Shown in pieces: positions 60,653 to 64,000 of a stretch of 64,000 nt of DNA. This DNA comes from Escherichia coli. GTDB taxonomy: Bacteria > Pseudomonadota > Gammaproteobacteria > Enterobacterales > Enterobacteriaceae. The translations under genes and the position numbers were made by a program. The notes under the pieces are model-generated. The model saw nothing but the letters and a program-made list of their open reading frames with translations, did no database searches and was not told where the DNA came from. The DNA lies in assembly GCF_003334765.1 (NCBI RefSeq), contig NZ_QOWT01000008.1; one strand, given 5' to 3'. Numbering within the stretch: the first letter of the stretch is position 1; each line of letters begins with the position of its first letter.

Positions 60653-61273
60653 GTGGAAATTTACGAGAACGAAAACGACCAGGTAGAAGCGGTTAAACGC
60701 TTTTTTGCTGAAAATGGCAAAGCACTGGCTGTTGGGGTGATTTTGGGCGTTGGCGCACTGATTGGCTGGCGCTACTGGAACAGCCATCAGGTTGATTCTG
60801 CACGCTCCGCTTCTCTTGCCTATCAAAATGCGGTTACCGCAGTGAGCGAAGGCAAACCGGATAGCATCCCGGCGGCGGAAAAATTTGCTGCTGAAAATAA
60901 AAATACTTATGGTGCGCTGGCTTCTTTGGAACTTGCGCAGCAATTTGTTGACAAAAATGAACTAGAGAAAGCTGCCGCCCAGTTACAACAGGGGCTGGCA
61001 GACACGAGCGATGAAAATCTCAAAGCCGTGATAAATCTGCGTCTTGCTCGCGTTCAGGTACAGCTCAAGCAGGCTGATGCCGCGCTGAAAACCCTTGATA
61101 CCATCAAAGGTGAAGGGTGGGCTGCCATTGTTGCCGACCTGCGTGGTGAAGCATTGCTGAGCAAAGGTGATAAGCAAGGTGCGCGTAGTGCATGGGAAGC
61201 AGGCGTGAAAAGCGATGTTACTCCGGCACTGAGCGAAATGATGCAGATGAAAATTAATAATTTGTCCATCTGA
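60653..61273 (+). CDS. yfgM: membrane-anchored periplasmic TPR-like protein YfgM
   Basis: ORF 60653..61273, 206 aa, GTG start; one TM helix. Confidence 0.85.
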   Translation: MEIYENENDQVEAVKRFFAENGKALAVGVILGVGALIGWRYWNSHQVDSARSASLAYQNAVTAVSEGKPDSIPAAEKFAAENKNTYGALASLELAQQFVDKNELEKAAAQLQQGLADTSDENLKAVINLRLARVQVQLKQADAALKTLDTIKGEGWAAIVADLRGEALLSKGDKQGARSAWEAGVKSDVTPALSEMMQMKINNLSI

Positions 61274-61283
61274 GAGGGACCCG

Positions 61284-62462
61284 ATGCAATTGCGTAAATT
61301 ACTGCTGCCAGGACTGCTTTCCGTTACCCTTTTAAGCGGCTGTTCGCTGTTTAACAGCGAAGAAGATGTGGTAAAGATGTCCCCATTGCCAACCGTTGAA
61401 AACCAGTTTACGCCGACCACGGCGTGGAGCACTTCCGTTGGTAGCGGCATTGGCAACTTCTATTCCAATCTTCATCCGGCACTGGCGGACAACGTTGTCT
61501 ATGCAGCGGACCGCGCTGGTTTAGTAAAAGCGCTGAATGCGGATGATGGCAAAGAAATCTGGTCTGTCAGCCTGGCCGAGAAAGATGGCTGGTTCTCTAA
61601 AGAGCCTGCATTACTTTCTGGCGGTGTGACCGTGTCTGGTGGGCATGTCTACATTGGCAGCGAAAAGGCGCAGGTTTACGCGCTGAATACCAGCGATGGT
61701 ACTGTGGCATGGCAAACTAAAGTCGCGGGTGAAGCACTTTCGCGCCCGGTGGTCAGCGACGGTCTGGTGTTAATCCACACCAGTAACGGTCAGTTACAAG
61801 CGCTGAACGAAGCTGACGGCGCTGTCAAATGGACAGTTAACCTCGATATGCCTTCGCTCTCTTTGCGTGGCGAGTCTGCGCCGGCAACGGCTTTTGGTGC
61901 GGCCGTCGTGGGGGGCGATAATGGTCGCGTCAGCGCAGTGCTGATGGAACAGGGCCAGATGATTTGGCAGCAGCGTATTTCCCAGGCGACCGGTTCTACC
62001 GAAATTGACCGTCTGAGCGATGTTGACACGACTCCCGTCGTTGTTAACGGCGTTGTTTTCGCGCTGGCCTATAATGGTAACCTGACGGCGCTTGATCTGC
62101 GCAGTGGTCAGATTATGTGGAAACGCGAACTGGGTTCGGTGAATGATTTCATCGTCGACGGCAATCGCATCTATCTGGTCGATCAAAATGACCGGGTGAT
62201 GGCGTTGACCATTGATGGCGGCGTTACGCTGTGGACACAAAGCGATCTGCTGCATCGCCTGCTGACTTCTCCGGTGCTGTATAATGGCAACCTGGTGGTC
62301 GGTGACAGTGAAGGTTATCTGCACTGGATTAACGTCGAAGATGGTCGTTTCGTTGCCCAGCAAAAAGTTGATAGTTCCGGTTTCCAGACTGAACCGGTTG
62401 CCGCTGACGGCAAACTGCTGATCCAGGCAAAAGACGGAACCGTGTACTCTATTACACGTTAA
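61284..62462 (+). CDS. bamB: outer membrane protein assembly factor BamB (beta-propeller lipoprotein)
   Basis: ORF 61284..62462, 392 aa; lipoprotein signal LSGC. Confidence 0.9.
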   Translation: MQLRKLLLPGLLSVTLLSGCSLFNSEEDVVKMSPLPTVENQFTPTTAWSTSVGSGIGNFYSNLHPALADNVVYAADRAGLVKALNADDGKEIWSVSLAEKDGWFSKEPALLSGGVTVSGGHVYIGSEKAQVYALNTSDGTVAWQTKVAGEALSRPVVSDGLVLIHTSNGQLQALNEADGAVKWTVNLDMPSLSLRGESAPATAFGAAVVGGDNGRVSAVLMEQGQMIWQQRISQATGSTEIDRLSDVDTTPVVVNGVVFALAYNGNLTALDLRSGQIMWKRELGSVNDFIVDGNRIYLVDQNDRVMALTIDGGVTLWTQSDLLHRLLTSPVLYNGNLVVGDSEGYLHWINVEDGRFVAQQKVDSSGFQTEPVAADGKLLIQAKDGTVYSITR

Positions 62463-62483
62463 TCGTCTCTGTCGTTCACTTTG

Positions 62484-62520
62484 AAAACGGCTCCTGGACA
62501 GGGGCCGTTTTCCTGTTTTT
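62484..62520 (+). terminator. hairpin/terminator-like element downstream of bamB
   Basis: aaaacggc...gccgtttt stem followed by cctgttttt. Confidence 0.45.
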
Positions 62521-62579
62521 AACAACGACGCGAATATAGCGTGCGTTGTCTGATGATTTATAAAAATGAGGCTTTAAAC

Positions 62580-64000
62580 ATGGTACCTGTGGTCGCGCTT
62601 GTCGGGCGCCCTAACGTAGGAAAATCCACGTTATTTAACCGTCTAACTCGCACCCGAGATGCGCTGGTTGCGGATTTCCCGGGTCTGACTCGTGACCGTA
62701 AGTACGGTCGTGCGGAAATTGAAGGCCGTGAGTTTATCTGTATTGATACCGGCGGGATTGATGGCACAGAAGACGGTGTAGAAACCCGCATGGCGGAACA
62801 GTCGCTGCTGGCGATTGAAGAAGCGGACGTCGTACTGTTTATGGTGGATGCGCGCGCGGGCCTGATGCCGGCAGATGAAGCGATTGCCAAACATCTGCGC
62901 TCCCGTGAAAAACCGACCTTCCTGGTGGCAAACAAAACTGACGGTCTGGATCCCGATCAGGCAGTGGTTGATTTCTACTCGCTTGGTTTAGGTGAAATCT
63001 ACCCGATCGCCGCGTCTCACGGTCGTGGCGTATTAAGTCTGCTGGAGCATGTGCTGCTGCCGTGGATGGAAGATCTCGCACCGCAAGAGGAAGTCGACGA
63101 AGACGCTGAATACTGGGCGCAATTTGAAGCGGAAGAGAACGGCGAAGAAGAAGAGGAAGACGACTTCGACCCGCAAAGTCTGCCGATCAAACTGGCGATT
63201 GTGGGTCGTCCGAACGTAGGTAAGTCTACACTCACTAACCGTATTCTTGGTGAAGAGCGCGTTGTTGTTTACGACATGCCTGGCACGACGCGTGACAGCA
63301 TCTACATCCCAATGGAACGCGATGGACGTGAGTATGTGCTCATTGACACCGCTGGCGTACGTAAACGCGGCAAAATCACCGATGCTGTAGAGAAATTCTC
63401 CGTAATCAAAACGTTGCAGGCCATTGAAGACGCCAACGTGGTGATGTTAGTGATTGATGCGCGCGAAGGTATTTCCGATCAGGATCTCTCGCTGCTGGGC
63501 TTTATTCTCAATAGTGGGCGCTCACTTGTCATTGTGGTGAATAAGTGGGATGGCCTGAGTCAGGAAGTGAAAGAGCAGGTGAAAGAAACGCTGGACTTCC
63601 GTCTGGGCTTTATCGATTTTGCTCGTGTGCACTTTATCTCTGCCTTGCACGGCAGTGGTGTTGGTAACTTGTTTGAATCAGTACGTGAAGCGTATGACAG
63701 CTCCACCCGTCGTGTGGGGACCTCTATGCTGACGCGCATCATGACGATGGCTGTTGAAGATCACCAACCGCCGCTGGTACGCGGTCGTCGTGTGAAGCTG
63801 AAATATGCCCACGCCGGTGGTTATAACCCGCCGATTGTGGTGATTCACGGTAATCAGGTGAAAGACCTGCCTGATTCCTACAAGCGCTACTTGATGAACT
63901 ACTTCCGCAAATCGCTGGACGTAATGGGATCGCCGATTCGTATTCAGTTCAAAGAAGGGGAAAACCCGTATGCGAATAAGCGTAACACCCTGACGCCAAC
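62580..64000 (+). CDS. der: GTPase Der (EngA), double GTP-binding domain; 3' end runs off the window
   Basis: open frame from ATG 62580 to window end; two G1 motifs GRPNVGKST, acidic linker EEEEDD; absent from ORF track because there is no in-window stop. Confidence 0.9.

Overview
This window reads as a contiguous, conserved Escherichia coli K-12-like chromosomal segment (about the 57-58 min region), in reverse orientation to the usual K-12 map. Gene order is yfhL, yfhH, pgpC, tadA, mltF, purL, glmY, glrK-qseG-glrR, glnB, hmp, glyA, yphH-yphA, hcaDBCFE/hcaR/hcaT, csiE, yfhR, suhB, trmJ, iscRSUA-hscBA-fdx-iscX, pepB, sseB, (ryfA region), sseA, yfhM, pbpC, ndk, rlmN, rodZ, ispG, hisS, yfgM, bamB and the 5' part of der. 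All calls rest on reading the supplied six-frame translations against remembered protein families and gene order; no database search was run. I see no prophage, IS element, integron, CRISPR array, tRNA/rRNA gene or obvious foreign island, and no convincing novel multi-gene system. The most interesting signal is the 817-bp sseB-sseA spacer: two paralogous ~200-bp modules, each with a palindrome around a perfect TTGACA and a bidirectional terminator, plus a ~300-nt minus-strand unit with two small ORFs that resembles a type I toxin/sRNA locus (RyfA, TimP/TimR-like). Second is an apparent single-base frameshift splitting the alpha-2-macroglobulin gene yfhM. The rest is ordinary core genome: REP/BIME repeats, the glmY promoter architecture, and compact gene junctions.
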